DNA of 64,000 nt from Candidatus Latescibacterota bacterium. GTDB taxonomy: Bacteria; Latescibacterota; UBA2968; UBA8231. Under the pieces are notes generated by a model that saw nothing but the letters and a program-made list of their open reading frames with translations, searched no databases and was not told the DNA's origin. The position numbers were made by a program, and so were the translations under genes. The stretch spans positions 544,001 to 608,000 of the forward strand of contig CBDCDC010000002.1 of assembly GCA_965215195.1 (NCBI GenBank). Reading direction: 5' to 3'. Shown one piece after another: positions 1-9,734 of the stretch. Numbering within the stretch: the first letter of the stretch is position 1; each line of letters starts with the position of its first letter.

Positions 1-2
1 AA

Positions 3-551
3 GAAACCTTGGCCATCGCGGACTTTGCTGTAGCGCTAGAAGTAGATGCTGTCGGCATGCACTTGGGCTTTGTGCCGGAGGCGTCGGAGCTGGATTTTGC
101 CGCGGTCGTCGAAGTTGTGCGCACGGTGTGCGATCACTGCCGGAGGCACGGCCAGTATTTCCACCTAGAAACCGGTCAGGAGACCGCCGACGAACTTCTC
201 GCCTTTATCGAGGCCGTTGATCGAGAGAACCTCGCGGTCAATTTCGATCCGGCCAATATGATCCTCTACCAAGCCGGCCCGCCTCTAGAGGCCTTGGATC
301 GGGTGGGGTGCTTTGTTCGCAGCGTACACTGCAAGGATGCCGCGATTGAGCGCCGTCCGGGCCAGCCGTGGTACGAGGACGCGCCGCTTGGCCAAGGCGA
401 CGTCGACATCCGGGCATTTCTCTTGAAGTTGCGCGATTTGGGGTACGAGGGGCCGCTGACCATTGAGCGCGAGTACGCCCCGGACCAAGTCGGAGATATC
501 CGCGCGGCCCTGCAGCTACTCACCGACCTACGCCGAGAGATTTTGGGTTGA
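3..551 (+). CDS. Sugar phosphate isomerase/epimerase (xylose-isomerase-like TIM barrel), 5'-truncated by window edge
   Basis: LETGQE, NFDPAN, VHCKD, GQGDVD and TIERE metal-binding motifs typical of AP_endonuc_2 proteins; frame is open to the window start. Confidence 0.85.
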   Translation, partial: ETLAIADFAVALEVDAVGMHLGFVPEASELDFAAVVEVVRTVCDHCRRHGQYFHLETGQETADELLAFIEAVDRENLAVNFDPANMILYQAGPPLEALDRVGCFVRSVHCKDAAIERRPGQPWYEDAPLGQGDVDIRAFLLKLRDLGYEGPLTIEREYAPDQVGDIRAALQLLTDLRREILG

Positions 552-1336
552 GTGCGTCGCTGCGGAGTTGTTTGGATTTTGCAGTAGATGCGGCTTGGCA
601 AGCAGGCAAGCTCACCTTGCGCTACTTCCAGTCGGGCATCCGCGCCGAGCGGAAGGAAGACCTATCGCCGGTGACGGTCGCCGACCGCGAAGCCGAGGCC
701 AAGATACGGGACTTATTGACCAAGGCCTATCCCGACGACGGGATTGTCGGCGAGGAGTTTGGCCAAGTTGCGGGAAGCTCCGGGGTGCGCTGGATTATCG
801 ACCCCATCGACGGTACGAAATCCTTTGTCCAAGGGGTGCCGCTCTACGGAGTGCTCATCGCGCGGGAAGGGCCGGATGGGGTTGACGTAGGCTGTTGCTA
901 TATGCCGGCCCTCGACGAGATGGTGTGGGCTGCTAGGGGCGAGGGCTGTTGGTGGAATGGCAGGCGGGCTGCGGTGTCCGCTGTGGCCGACTTAGACCAG
1001 GCCTGTATCTGCTATACATCGTGGCCGAGCTTTGCCGAACAGGGCCGCGAGCAAGGGTGGCAGCAGCTAGTTGCTAGCACTCGGCTGCGCCGGGGGTGGG
1101 GCGATTGTTACGGCCACATACTTGTGGCCACTGGCCGAGCCGAGGCCAGCTTTGACCCCATTATGAATCCGTGGGATTGCGGGCCATTGCTGCCGATTTT
1201 ACAGGAAGCCGGAGGCACCTTTACCGATTGGCAGGGGGTGCCGACGATATACGGCCAAGACGCTTTCTCTTCCAACGGGCATCTCTTTGCGTCCATCATG
1301 GGGCATCTGGGTCGGCGCAGTGATAGACGCGCTTAG
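548..1336 (+). CDS. Inositol monophosphatase family, probable histidinol-phosphatase (HisN type)
   Basis: SPVTVAD, GEEFG, WIIDPIDGTKSF, RGWGDCYG, MNPWD motifs. Confidence 0.85.
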   Translation: MSASLRSCLDFAVDAAWQAGKLTLRYFQSGIRAERKEDLSPVTVADREAEAKIRDLLTKAYPDDGIVGEEFGQVAGSSGVRWIIDPIDGTKSFVQGVPLYGVLIAREGPDGVDVGCCYMPALDEMVWAARGEGCWWNGRRAAVSAVADLDQACICYTSWPSFAEQGREQGWQQLVASTRLRRGWGDCYGHILVATGRAEASFDPIMNPWDCGPLLPILQEAGGTFTDWQGVPTIYGQDAFSSNGHLFASIMGHLGRRSDRRA

Positions 1337-2180
1337 AAGCCGGATCGCCTTCTGTCTAGCGGTCGGTCGCGATGCCGTGGTGGCGACGTACCGCCACGAT
1401 TGCACGACTGCGGCCCCAGCCATGGCCTTTGACTTTGTATTTGCCATTTTCCCGGGCATTCTCGTTCTAACGGCTCTATTGGGCTTCCTAGGCATATCAT
1501 CTGAGGATTTCATCCAAGTCCTCGAAATTTTGGGCATTGTCATTCCCGTTCCGCTGCTGGAGGCTGTCGAAGACAATATCAACTTTCTTTCGTCGCAAAG
1601 TTTGTTCGTCATCGGGTTCTTGGGCGTCATCTGGCCGGCGTCGGCTAGCATGTCCACTACGATGATGGCACTCAACCGATCCTACGGCGTACAAGAGCAT
1701 CGGTCCTTCTACAAGCGGCGCATTCTCTCGCTCGCCCTAATCGTGGTCTTGGGGATTTCTTTTGTCTTTTTCTTTACCCTCATCGTATTTGGCGAACACG
1801 TCGAGAGTTGGCTGCGGGACTATTGGACTTCCCCACACTTTTCTCCGTTGGTGGCCTTGTTGCGGCGTGCGGTGGTCGTGATCGGCATGGTCGCCACGGC
1901 CGCTTGCATTTACTGCGTTATGCCCGCCGTGCGCCTGCGCTGGTTGGACGTGTTGCCTGGTAGTATAGTGTCTTCTGCGCTGGCCGGGGTCATTGCCTCG
2001 GGCTTGGATTACGTCGAGCGGTTCAGCTATTACAATATCATCTATGGCGTGCTCGGGACCGCCATCATCCTCTTGCTGTCCGCGTATTTGCTGGCTTTTA
2101 CTTTGTTGTTGGGCGGCGAGTTGAACGCGGTGCTCTATCGCCGCCGCCATCCATTTGACGCGCACCCGACAGATTATTAG
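1320..2180 (+). CDS. YihY/BrkB family membrane protein
   Basis: About 6 hydrophobic segments; FAIFP, ALNRSY, YGVLGTAIILLL and LLGGELNA motifs; likely GTG start at 1320. Confidence 0.85.
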   Translation: MIDALRSRIAFCLAVGRDAVVATYRHDCTTAAPAMAFDFVFAIFPGILVLTALLGFLGISSEDFIQVLEILGIVIPVPLLEAVEDNINFLSSQSLFVIGFLGVIWPASASMSTTMMALNRSYGVQEHRSFYKRRILSLALIVVLGISFVFFFTLIVFGEHVESWLRDYWTSPHFSPLVALLRRAVVVIGMVATAACIYCVMPAVRLRWLDVLPGSIVSSALAGVIASGLDYVERFSYYNIIYGVLGTAIILLLSAYLLAFTLLLGGELNAVLYRRRHPFDAHPTDY

Positions 2181-2224
2181 GTTGGAACTTGTAGCGGCAA
2201 TGTCTTTGAGAAATGGAGGAACCA

Positions 2225-2677
2225 ATGCACAAAAATTTAATTCTATTCGCGCTCGTCAGCGGGCTTTTGGCCTGTGGGGAAAAAAAAGATGAGTTAACTC
2301 CTTATATCCAGACTTTGCAGGGCTTGGAAAGCCATAGCCAACAGCTAATGCGCTATCAGGTGTACCTAACGACCGAGGGCATGACCTCTCAGGCCCACGA
2401 CGTCCAAGAAGTCATGCAGACCTTGCTCGACGAGTTGGAGAAGGTCGAACTCGAAGACAAGCGTCTCCGGGCCTTGCACAACGCCATGAAGCGAGCCTTA
2501 AAGGCGGCGATGCGCAAGCTGGTCGAGCCGGACTTCCCGACCTTTGTGCCCAATGCCCAAAAGAGCATTGGGCGCGTCGAAGACGAATTCACCAAGATAT
2601 ATGGCAACCTAGAGATAATGTGGCAGAGGGCCGGCAAGACCGAACCCTTTCCGCTCAAGTGGGAAGCCGTGGAATAG
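2225..2677 (+). CDS. Hypothetical helical lipoprotein
   Basis: GGAGGA RBS, ATG 2225, signal peptide ending in lipobox LLAC. Confidence 0.7.
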   Translation: MHKNLILFALVSGLLACGEKKDELTPYIQTLQGLESHSQQLMRYQVYLTTEGMTSQAHDVQEVMQTLLDELEKVELEDKRLRALHNAMKRALKAAMRKLVEPDFPTFVPNAQKSIGRVEDEFTKIYGNLEIMWQRAGKTEPFPLKWEAVE

Positions 2678-2705
2678 TCGAGTCCGCCGCCCGCTGCAAC
2701 CGCGT

Positions 2706-2736
2706 AGAGCTCCCCCGGTACCAGGGGGAGCTTTTT
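2706..2736 (+). terminator. Rho-independent terminator
   Basis: AGCTCCCCC-GGTACCA-GGGGGAGCT hairpin followed by a T tract. Confidence 0.8.
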
Positions 2737-2786
2737 GCGTTAAATTCTAGGGCAAGTCTAGGGCAAGAAGAAGGGACGAACAAACC

Positions 2787-2981
2787 ATGATGTTCGCGTT
2801 GCTCAAATTGCTGCTGGCGACGGCGATCGTGTTGCTGTGTTATGCAGTGTACCGGCAGCTAAGGGGCCGTCCCCGCAGCGGCGCGTCCACCAAGCGCGGT
2901 AGTATTGATCCGAGCCAAGTCGCCGAGGCCGAATACTGCATATTGGACGAAGAAGAGGTCAAAAGCCAAGATCGTGGCTAA
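2787..2981 (+). CDS. Small membrane-anchored hypothetical protein
   Basis: N-terminal TM helix; stop overlaps holA start. Confidence 0.55.
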   Translation: MMFALLKLLLATAIVLLCYAVYRQLRGRPRSGASTKRGSIDPSQVAEAEYCILDEEEVKSQDRG

Positions 2982-3993
2982 GAGAGCCAAAGGGCTGAGT
3001 CCCGAAGAACTGCTGGCCGAAATCGCCAAGGGGGATGTTCGGCCCTTTTATTTGCTACACGGAGACGAGGAATACGAGCGCGAAGCCTTGGTCGCGTCTA
3101 TGGTCGAAGCCTTGGTGCCAGCCCAGACGCGGGATTTCAATTTAGACGTACTGAGGGCCGAGCGCTTGGAGGTGCTGGATTTTTTTCAGATATATGAGAC
3201 CTATCCCATGATGGCCGAGAGTCGGCTGATTGTGCTGCGCGATGCCGAGGCCCTAGCGACCGACCAGTGTCGCGGCTTGGAGCGCGTATTTGCAACGCCG
3301 GTGGCGACTAGTCGGCTGCTGGTAGTGGGCCGAAAGGTCGATATGCGTCGGAAGTTCTTTCGCGAGCTTTCGCGTCGGGGCCGTGCGCTAGAATTTAGGC
3401 CGCCCTACGACAACCAAGTCCCGCAGTGGATACAGCGGTACGCCAAGCGCCAAGGGGTGCGGATCGAACCCGCAGCCATCCAGGTACTCAGCCAGTACGT
3501 GGGGGCCAAGCCGCGCGAGCTGGTCAGCGAAATAGAAAAGTTGGTCAGTTTTGTCGGGATGGGCCAGCCGATTGCCGCCTCGGCGGTCGAACAAGTCGCT
3601 GGCATTACGCGCGGGGCTAGCGTGTTCGACCTCGCCGATGCCCTCGGCAAAGGGCAGGGCAAGCTGGCCCAAAAATTGATGCAAAAGTTTCTCAGTGAGG
3701 GAGAAGAGCCGACCCGCGCGGTAGCCATGGTCACCCGCCACTTTCAGCTTTTGCTCAAGGCTAAGGGGCTAGTGGGCAAGTCGCTGCCGCGCGACAAAAT
3801 GGCCGCCGAATTGGGCGTTGCGCCGTTCTTTTTATCTGGGTATTTGGAGCAGGCGAGGCGCCGCCCGGCCTCTTGGCTGTGGGCGGGGTTGAGTGCCTTG
3901 AGAGAGGCCGATTGGTGCCTAAAGTCGCAGGGGCGCCGCCAAGAGCGCTTGGTTTTGGAGTTGCTGGTGGCCAAGTTGTGCAGGGGGTGTTGA
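2974..3993 (+). CDS. holA: DNA polymerase III delta subunit
   Basis: YLLHGDEEY, DFNLD, PMMAESRLIV, EIEKL, SVFDLADA, LGVAPFF motifs; GTG start 2974. Confidence 0.92.
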   Translation: MAKRAKGLSPEELLAEIAKGDVRPFYLLHGDEEYEREALVASMVEALVPAQTRDFNLDVLRAERLEVLDFFQIYETYPMMAESRLIVLRDAEALATDQCRGLERVFATPVATSRLLVVGRKVDMRRKFFRELSRRGRALEFRPPYDNQVPQWIQRYAKRQGVRIEPAAIQVLSQYVGAKPRELVSEIEKLVSFVGMGQPIAASAVEQVAGITRGASVFDLADALGKGQGKLAQKLMQKFLSEGEEPTRAVAMVTRHFQLLLKAKGLVGKSLPRDKMAAELGVAPFFLSGYLEQARRRPASWLWAGLSALREADWCLKSQGRRQERLVLELLVAKLCRGC

Positions 3994-3995
3994 TC

Positions 3996-4024
3996 TTGAC
4001 AATGGGTAGTGCCAAAGGTATTGT
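3996..4024 (+). promoter_or_regulatory. Sigma70-type promoter of trxA
   Basis: TTGACA-17 nt-TATTGT. Confidence 0.65.
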
Positions 4025-4071
4025 GTTTATAACATCTTAAAAAGTATAAACTAACAAGCAAAGGACCTATC

Positions 4072-4398
4072 GTGAGCGAGCCTATCGTCTTAACCGATGA
4101 CAATTTCAGTGCCGAAGTTCTCAACGCCGGTCTGCCCGTGCTCGTGGATTTTTGGGCGACGTGGTGCGGGCCGTGCCGAGTGATTGCGCCGATTGTCCAA
4201 GAATTGAGCAGTGAATACGAGGGCAAGGCCAAAGTGGGCAAATTGGACGTCGACGAGGCCCAGAAGACAGCGGCCGAATTCGGCATCCGCAGCATCCCCA
4301 CCTTGCTCATTTTTAAGGGGGGTAAGGTCGCCGACCAGATAATTGGTGCCGTCCCCAAACAGCAAATCACCGAAAAGCTAGAAGCCGCATTGGCCTAA
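4072..4398 (+). CDS. trxA: Thioredoxin
   Basis: DFWATWCGPC active site, SIPTL. Confidence 0.97.
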   Translation: MSEPIVLTDDNFSAEVLNAGLPVLVDFWATWCGPCRVIAPIVQELSSEYEGKAKVGKLDVDEAQKTAAEFGIRSIPTLLIFKGGKVADQIIGAVPKQQITEKLEAALA

Positions 4399-4442
4399 TT
4401 GTGCGGACGAGAGGGCTTGGGGTGCTGCCTGTCTGAGCGGGA

Positions 4443-5030
4443 GTGCTGAATATGCCGTCTAATCCTCTCTGGAGTCGCGTCTTGAGTCGCCTGCAAGAGC
4501 GCGTGGGAAGCGGCCGCAAGGAGGAAGAGACCGCCTCCTGCAAGCTCTTGAAGAAAGTGCCCATTTTTCAGGAACTGAGCAGGCGAGAGCTGCGCAAGAT
4601 AGAAGAGATGCTCTATGGGCCGCGGGATTGGCGAGCTGGCGATACGATTATCAACCAAGGGGATCCCGGGATGGGGATGTACATCATCGTCTCCGGCCAA
4701 GTGCGGCTCGCACAGATGGGCAACGATGGGGTTGAGAAGCAGCTCGCTACCTTGACCCGTGGGGATTTTTTTGGCGCACAAGCTCTTGTAGATGAATCGC
4801 CACGCCCTACCTCGGCTTACGCCATCCAGCCTTGTAGTCTCCTCGTGTTTTGCCGCCCGGACTTACTCGAACTCCTAGAGTACAACATCCCGCTTGCCTT
4901 GAAGATAGTTGAGGGCTTGGCGCAAGCGATTTCGACCGACGTACTCGAACTCCTAGAGAAACTCTCAGTGCAGTTGCGCGACCCCGAGTGCCTGTTAAAA
5001 GGAGCGCGGCGAGCAGGCAGTATTCAATGA
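4443..5030 (+). CDS. Cyclic-nucleotide-binding domain protein (no HTH)
   Basis: VPIFQELS, IINQGDPG, YIIVSGQV, GDFFG..AL, PRPTSA; the usual GE glutamate is replaced by Ala. Confidence 0.85.
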   Translation: MLNMPSNPLWSRVLSRLQERVGSGRKEEETASCKLLKKVPIFQELSRRELRKIEEMLYGPRDWRAGDTIINQGDPGMGMYIIVSGQVRLAQMGNDGVEKQLATLTRGDFFGAQALVDESPRPTSAYAIQPCSLLVFCRPDLLELLEYNIPLALKIVEGLAQAISTDVLELLEKLSVQLRDPECLLKGARRAGSIQ

Positions 5031-6418
5031 TGAATTGGCAAGTCAAAATCGCAATCGGCTTGGTGGTCGTAGCGGTCGTCGGGTGGTTCTTATACGAGAT
5101 TCGCGGCGTCCTCACTCCTTTTGTGTTCGCCTTCGTCTTGGCCTATGTCCTCTACCCAATCATCGATTGGATGGAGCGGAGGGGGTTGGGACGGGTTTGG
5201 AGTACCCTCCTCGTCTTTTCGCTCGTTTTTGCCGGGTTGGGGCTGGGCGCATTCAAGGTTGGAGACAAGCTGACCGGAGAAACGGTCGATAGGGTTTTTA
5301 CCATCGCCAACACCGGAGACAAACCCCTAATCATCCGCGAGATGGCTTGGGAAGACGATTCGCGGGAACAGCCGTTTGTCTTACGAGAGGAACACCGCTG
5401 GCCGCTAGAGATCGCTCCCATGGAGGAGTTGGCAGTTCGCCTTCGCTTTGTTCCTAAGGACCACGCACCGGCTGCCAACGCGCTTTTGGTCGCGTACTCG
5501 CAGGGAAAGGACGAGTACAGTCAGCGCATTAGCGTCCGCGGCAATGGCGGTGCGGCCGCAGGAGGCCAAGCGGCCGGCAATCCAAGTTCCGTTGTGTTTT
5601 CGCGCGCCGATATTGGCTTTGGCAAGGCCGAACCCAACGTCTTGGTGGAAATCGGCGATAGGATCTTGACGGAAGTCAGCGCTAGGGCTGCACAAATTCA
5701 ACCCATGCTACAGCCCTATTTGGGCAGCGATTTCCGCCTCGCCGAGTTGATCCAGGAGCACGGCGAGCGGCTGATGGAGACCATGTTGGGGGGCACTACG
5801 CTGTTTATCGAGGGCGTGATCTCGGGCCTTACTTTTGCGGTGATCGTGCCGTTTGTGGCGTTCTTCTTCCTCAAAGAGGGTCGGAGCTTGACGCGGTGCC
5901 TGATTGCACTCGTTCCCAACGCCTATTTTGAGTTGTGCTTGAGCCTGATATACCAAGCCAATAAACAGATTGGGAATTACATCCGCGGCCAGCTTTTGGC
6001 CGTCCTCGTCGTATCGGTGCTCGCGATGAGCGGCTTGTCCATTATCGGCGTCTATTATGCCCTGCCTCTGGGTTTGCTCGCTGGATTGGCCAACGTAATC
6101 CCGTTTCTCGGGCCATTGATCGGAACCGTCTGCGCTTCGATTGTAGCTTTGGCTACCGGCGGGGGCTTGGCGATGGTGGCCAAAGTGATCGCTATGTTCT
6201 TGGCCATTCAACTGATCGACAACGTACTCATTCAACCCACGATGGTGGCCAAAAGCGTTGAACTGCACCCTTTGGTCGTCCTCTTTGTCGTCATGGTGGG
6301 AAGCCAGTTGCTGGGCATCGTCGGGATGCTGATCGCCGTGCCGCTCACAGGCATCGCGAAAGTAAGCGGCCAAACCATCTACGAAGGGGTTAAGCAATAC
6401 CGGTTTAGAGTAAGTTGA
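5027..6418 (+). CDS. AI-2E family transporter with inserted Ig-like domain
   Basis: LTPFVFAFVLAYVLYP, YIRGQL, NVIPFLGP, QLIDNVLIQP, LHPLVV, GMLIAVP; about 120-aa beta-rich insert; ATGA overlap with upstream gene. Confidence 0.9.
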   Translation: MMNWQVKIAIGLVVVAVVGWFLYEIRGVLTPFVFAFVLAYVLYPIIDWMERRGLGRVWSTLLVFSLVFAGLGLGAFKVGDKLTGETVDRVFTIANTGDKPLIIREMAWEDDSREQPFVLREEHRWPLEIAPMEELAVRLRFVPKDHAPAANALLVAYSQGKDEYSQRISVRGNGGAAAGGQAAGNPSSVVFSRADIGFGKAEPNVLVEIGDRILTEVSARAAQIQPMLQPYLGSDFRLAELIQEHGERLMETMLGGTTLFIEGVISGLTFAVIVPFVAFFFLKEGRSLTRCLIALVPNAYFELCLSLIYQANKQIGNYIRGQLLAVLVVSVLAMSGLSIIGVYYALPLGLLAGLANVIPFLGPLIGTVCASIVALATGGGLAMVAKVIAMFLAIQLIDNVLIQPTMVAKSVELHPLVVLFVVMVGSQLLGIVGMLIAVPLTGIAKVSGQTIYEGVKQYRFRVS

Positions 6419-6509
6419 CAAACCTATGTATATTGCTTAACTACATCCCATATACCAAACTTTGCTAAGAGGCATTTAAGACCCCTTAGGGGTAGGAGGA
6501 ATAGATTAA

Positions 6510-7133
6510 TTGGGTAGCTCAATACACTTAGAAAGCACGGTGGTGAGCGAGTTAGCTCAACGCATAGGGGACGCCCGCAGGCTCTACGGCCACGATAGTC
6601 CTTACGTCATAGGTATGATGACGGCTGTCGAGTGGATAGCCCAAGGTGCCGAGGGCGGCCAAGGTCTCAAGCAAGACCTACTCGCCCGCGTTCTGGAGAG
6701 CGAGGGAAAAAAGAAGCCGTCTCGTCCGCTCCCCGGCAGTGCGGAGAGCAGCCCCCCAACGCAGGAGCGCCGCGCCTTGGCGGAAAACACCTGGACTCGA
6801 GGCATAGTCAAGTGGTTTAACAACGATAAGGGATATGGTTTTATTTCTACAGACAGCCATGTCGATGTCTTCGTCCACTGGCGCGATATTTCATCTTGGG
6901 ACCGCAGTTTGGTCCAAGATGACGAAGTTGAGTTCATGGTGACCCGCACCGCCAAAGGCTTCCAAGCCATCAACGTAATGAAGGCCGGCCAAGACAAGGC
7001 CGAAGGGGAGACGGCCTCGGCCGCCCCGACCGAGACCCACGACGAAACTGGGGAGGTCGAGAACACCGCCGGCGACCCCGCTGAGAGCGCAGACAGTGCC
7101 TCGGAGCCCCAAGACGACGAGCCCAGCCCGTAG
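6510..7133 (+). CDS. Cold-shock domain protein with N-terminal extension and acidic tail
   Basis: GIVKWFNNDKGYGFI...DVFVHW...VEF..KG.QAINV; AGGAGG RBS with TTG start. Confidence 0.85.
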   Translation: MGSSIHLESTVVSELAQRIGDARRLYGHDSPYVIGMMTAVEWIAQGAEGGQGLKQDLLARVLESEGKKKPSRPLPGSAESSPPTQERRALAENTWTRGIVKWFNNDKGYGFISTDSHVDVFVHWRDISSWDRSLVQDDEVEFMVTRTAKGFQAINVMKAGQDKAEGETASAAPTETHDETGEVENTAGDPAESADSASEPQDDEPSP

Positions 7134-7139
7134 GGGAAG

Positions 7140-8366
7140 ATGGGTAAAAAAACGTCCGATATAGCCTGTTCGTTCTGCGGCAAGGGGGGTGATCAAGTCG
7201 AGAAGGTTATTCAGGGGCCTTCGGTGTATATATGTAGTGAGTGCATCGGCTTGTGCAACGAGGTGCTGGAAGAGGACGACAAGCACGAGCTCAGCCTCAA
7301 TGGTCGTCCCCTGCCCAAGCCGGCCGAAATCAAGGGCCACCTCGACGCGCATATTATCGGCCAAGAACGCGCCAAAAAAGCGCTCTCGGTCGCCGTGTAC
7401 AATCACTACAAGCGGGTGCATTCCGGTGCTGCAGATGTCCAGCTCAGCAAGAGCAATATCCTGCTCATCGGCCCCACCGGAGTGGGTAAGACGCTTTTGG
7501 CGGAGACGCTGGCGCGCATATTACAAGTGCCCTTTGCCATCGTCGATGCCACCGTCCTCACCGAGGCCGGGTACGTAGGCGAGGACGTGGAAAATATCCT
7601 CGTGCGGCTCCTCCAAGCCGCGGATTACGAGGTCAAACAAGCCGAGCGCGGGATCTTGTTTATCGACGAGCTGGACAAAGTTGCCCGCAAATCCGGCAAT
7701 CCCTCCATAACGCGCGACGTTTCAGGCGAAGGCGTCCAACAGGAGCTCCTCAAGATCTTAGAGGGGACGGTGTCCGGGGTGCCGCCGAAGGGAGGGCGCA
7801 AGCACCCCGAACAGCCCTTGGTGCAAATAAACACCAAAAACATTCTCTTTATCTGTGGGGGGGCTTTCGATGGGCTGGACAAAATTATCCGCCAGCGCAT
7901 CGGAACCCAGTCCATGGGCTTTGGCAGCCCCCTCGACGACCGCGAGGAAGTGGACGAGGCCAATCTGTTGGTGCGCGTCGAACCCGAGGAGTTGATCCAG
8001 TACGGCCTAATTCCCGAGTTGATTGGCCGCTTGCCGGTGGTGGGTATCTTGCACCCCTTCAGCGATCAGGCGCTCATGGACATCCTGCTCAAACCGCGAA
8101 ACGCACTCGTCAAGCAGTACCAAAAGCTGTTTGAGATGGACGGCATTGCCCTGCGCTTTGAAGAAGAGGCTCTGAAGAAAGTCGTCGAATTGACCCAAGA
8201 AAAGGAGATGGGCGCGCGCGGTCTGCGGGCGGTCCTAGAGACCATCATGTTTGAGATCATGTTCGATCTCCCAGCCCGAGACGACATCGCCGAATGCGTC
8301 ATTACCAAGGAATTCATCGAAAACAAGGCACCGCCGACTTTCGTGTACAACAAAAAGCGAGCTTGA
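7140..8366 (+). CDS. clpX: ATP-dependent Clp protease ATP-binding subunit
   Basis: CSFCGK Zn finger, [29 protein letters not shown]. Confidence 0.98.
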   Translation: MGKKTSDIACSFCGKGGDQVEKVIQGPSVYICSECIGLCNEVLEEDDKHELSLNGRPLPKPAEIKGHLDAHIIGQERAKKALSVAVYNHYKRVHSGAADVQLSKSNILLIGPTGVGKTLLAETLARILQVPFAIVDATVLTEAGYVGEDVENILVRLLQAADYEVKQAERGILFIDELDKVARKSGNPSITRDVSGEGVQQELLKILEGTVSGVPPKGGRKHPEQPLVQINTKNILFICGGAFDGLDKIIRQRIGTQSMGFGSPLDDREEVDEANLLVRVEPEELIQYGLIPELIGRLPVVGILHPFSDQALMDILLKPRNALVKQYQKLFEMDGIALRFEEEALKKVVELTQEKEMGARGLRAVLETIMFEIMFDLPARDDIAECVITKEFIENKAPPTFVYNKKRA

Positions 8367-8402
8367 TGTACTGCGAGCTAGTGGTAATTATCCATGCCGA
8401 CC

Positions 8403-8436
8403 GCCTCTTCTCCCACACCGGAGAAGGGGCTTTTTT
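8403..8436 (+). terminator. Rho-independent terminator after clpX
   Basis: GCCTCTTCTCC-loop-GGAGAAGGGGC followed by TTTTTT. Confidence 0.75.
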
Positions 8437-8450
8437 ATGGGAAACGCGCC

Positions 8451-9734
8451 ATGCAGCCTAGGCGCTATCCAGCGCGAGTGCTGTGGCGGCACCAGCCTGC
8501 GACCACAGCGGCCACCGCCACAGGGGAAGTGGCCGTGCGGGGGCGGCTCCTCCACCTCGCCGAAGGTCAAGGCAGGATCGCAGACGAGAGCGGAGAGGTT
8601 GATTTCGCGGTGCAGACGCAGGCAGAAGGGGTAACAGCCGGGGATATAGTCGAATTGTATGGGGTTGCGGCAGAAGGCATTATAGCCGTTACCCAAATCC
8701 GCTTGTTAGCTCCTAGCAATGCGGTGTGGTGCGAGGGGGATTGGGCGCGGTTCCACGCCAACAGGTTGTGGGCAAATATGCGGGTGCGGGCCGCCGTGTT
8801 AGACGCTGTGCGCGATTTTTTTCGCGACGCGAACTTCCTCGCTGTGGAGACGCCCACTTTGGTTCGCGCCTCGGCGCAAGAGGAGCACATCGAGCTATTC
8901 GCCACAGAGTACCAAGCGGAAAAGGCAAAGGAGAAATTTTATCTCGCCCCCTCTCCCGAGCTGTACATGAAGCGGTTGCTAGGGGTGGGCTTTGAGCGGA
9001 TTTACCAGATCAGCCGCTCGTACCGCAATGGGGAAATGGGGCCGCAACACAACCCCGAGTTTACCCTAATCGAATGGTATCGGGCGTACGCCAGTTACGA
9101 GGAAATCATGGCCGATGTCGAGAATTTGGTGGCCCATGTGGTGGAAAGGGTCTTGGGGCGGTTGAGCGTGGTGTGGGCAGGGCGCGAGATCGGCGTCCAG
9201 CCGCCGTGGGAGCGGCTCAGCGTCCGCGATGCCTTTGTGCGCTGGGCCGCGGTCGATTTGGCGGCCTGTGCAGACGCAGAATCGCTTTTTTGCCGCGCCC
9301 GTGCCTTGGGCTATGGCAGCGCTAGACGAGGGGATAGTTGGGAGGATCTATACCACAAAATTCTGTTGGAAAAAGTCGAGCCCGAATTGGCCAAACTAGG
9401 GGCGGTCCACCTTTTCGATTACCCTCGGCCGTTGGCCGCATTGGCCAAATTAAAAGAAGGCCAGTCGGCCGTAGCCGAGAGGACGGAGGCGTACTTGGGG
9501 GGGGTGGAGCTATCGAACGGCTATACCGAATTAAACGACCCAGCCCAACAGCGCGAGCGCTTTGCGCGGGGTGCGCGGCCGGGGGATGCACCGGCCGACG
9601 AGGCGTTTCTCGCGGCTATGGAGCGGGGCATTCCGCCGGCTGGTGGCGTGGCCTTGGGGTTGGATCGGTTGGTCATGGTCGTTGCCGGCGCGGCTTGCTT
9701 AGACGAGGTGATCGCCTTTCCGCTGGGGCATTAG
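8451..9734 (+). CDS. epmA: EF-P lysine aminoacylase (EpmA/GenX/PoxA) with N-terminal OB-like domain
   Basis: [45 protein letters not shown]; start placed after the terminator at ATG 8451. Confidence 0.85.
   Translation: MQPRRYPARVLWRHQPATTAATATGEVAVRGRLLHLAEGQGRIADESGEVDFAVQTQAEGVTAGDIVELYGVAAEGIIAVTQIRLLAPSNAVWCEGDWARFHANRLWANMRVRAAVLDAVRDFFRDANFLAVETPTLVRASAQEEHIELFATEYQAEKAKEKFYLAPSPELYMKRLLGVGFERIYQISRSYRNGEMGPQHNPEFTLIEWYRAYASYEEIMADVENLVAHVVERVLGRLSVVWAGREIGVQPPWERLSVRDAFVRWAAVDLAACADAESLFCRARALGYGSARRGDSWEDLYHKILLEKVEPELAKLGAVHLFDYPRPLAALAKLKEGQSAVAERTEAYLGGVELSNGYTELNDPAQQRERFARGARPGDAPADEAFLAAMERGIPPAGGVALGLDRLVMVVAGAACLDEVIAFPLGH

Noticed and set aside
2746-2767. 11-bp tandem duplication TCTAGGGCAAG x2
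   Set aside because: Could be a slippage or excision footprint, but nothing else supports a function
4864-4958. 17-bp direct repeat TACTCGAACTCCTAGAG, 78 bp apart, in the cNMP gene
   Set aside because: Small in-frame internal duplication of a helix, with no evidence of mobility or regulation
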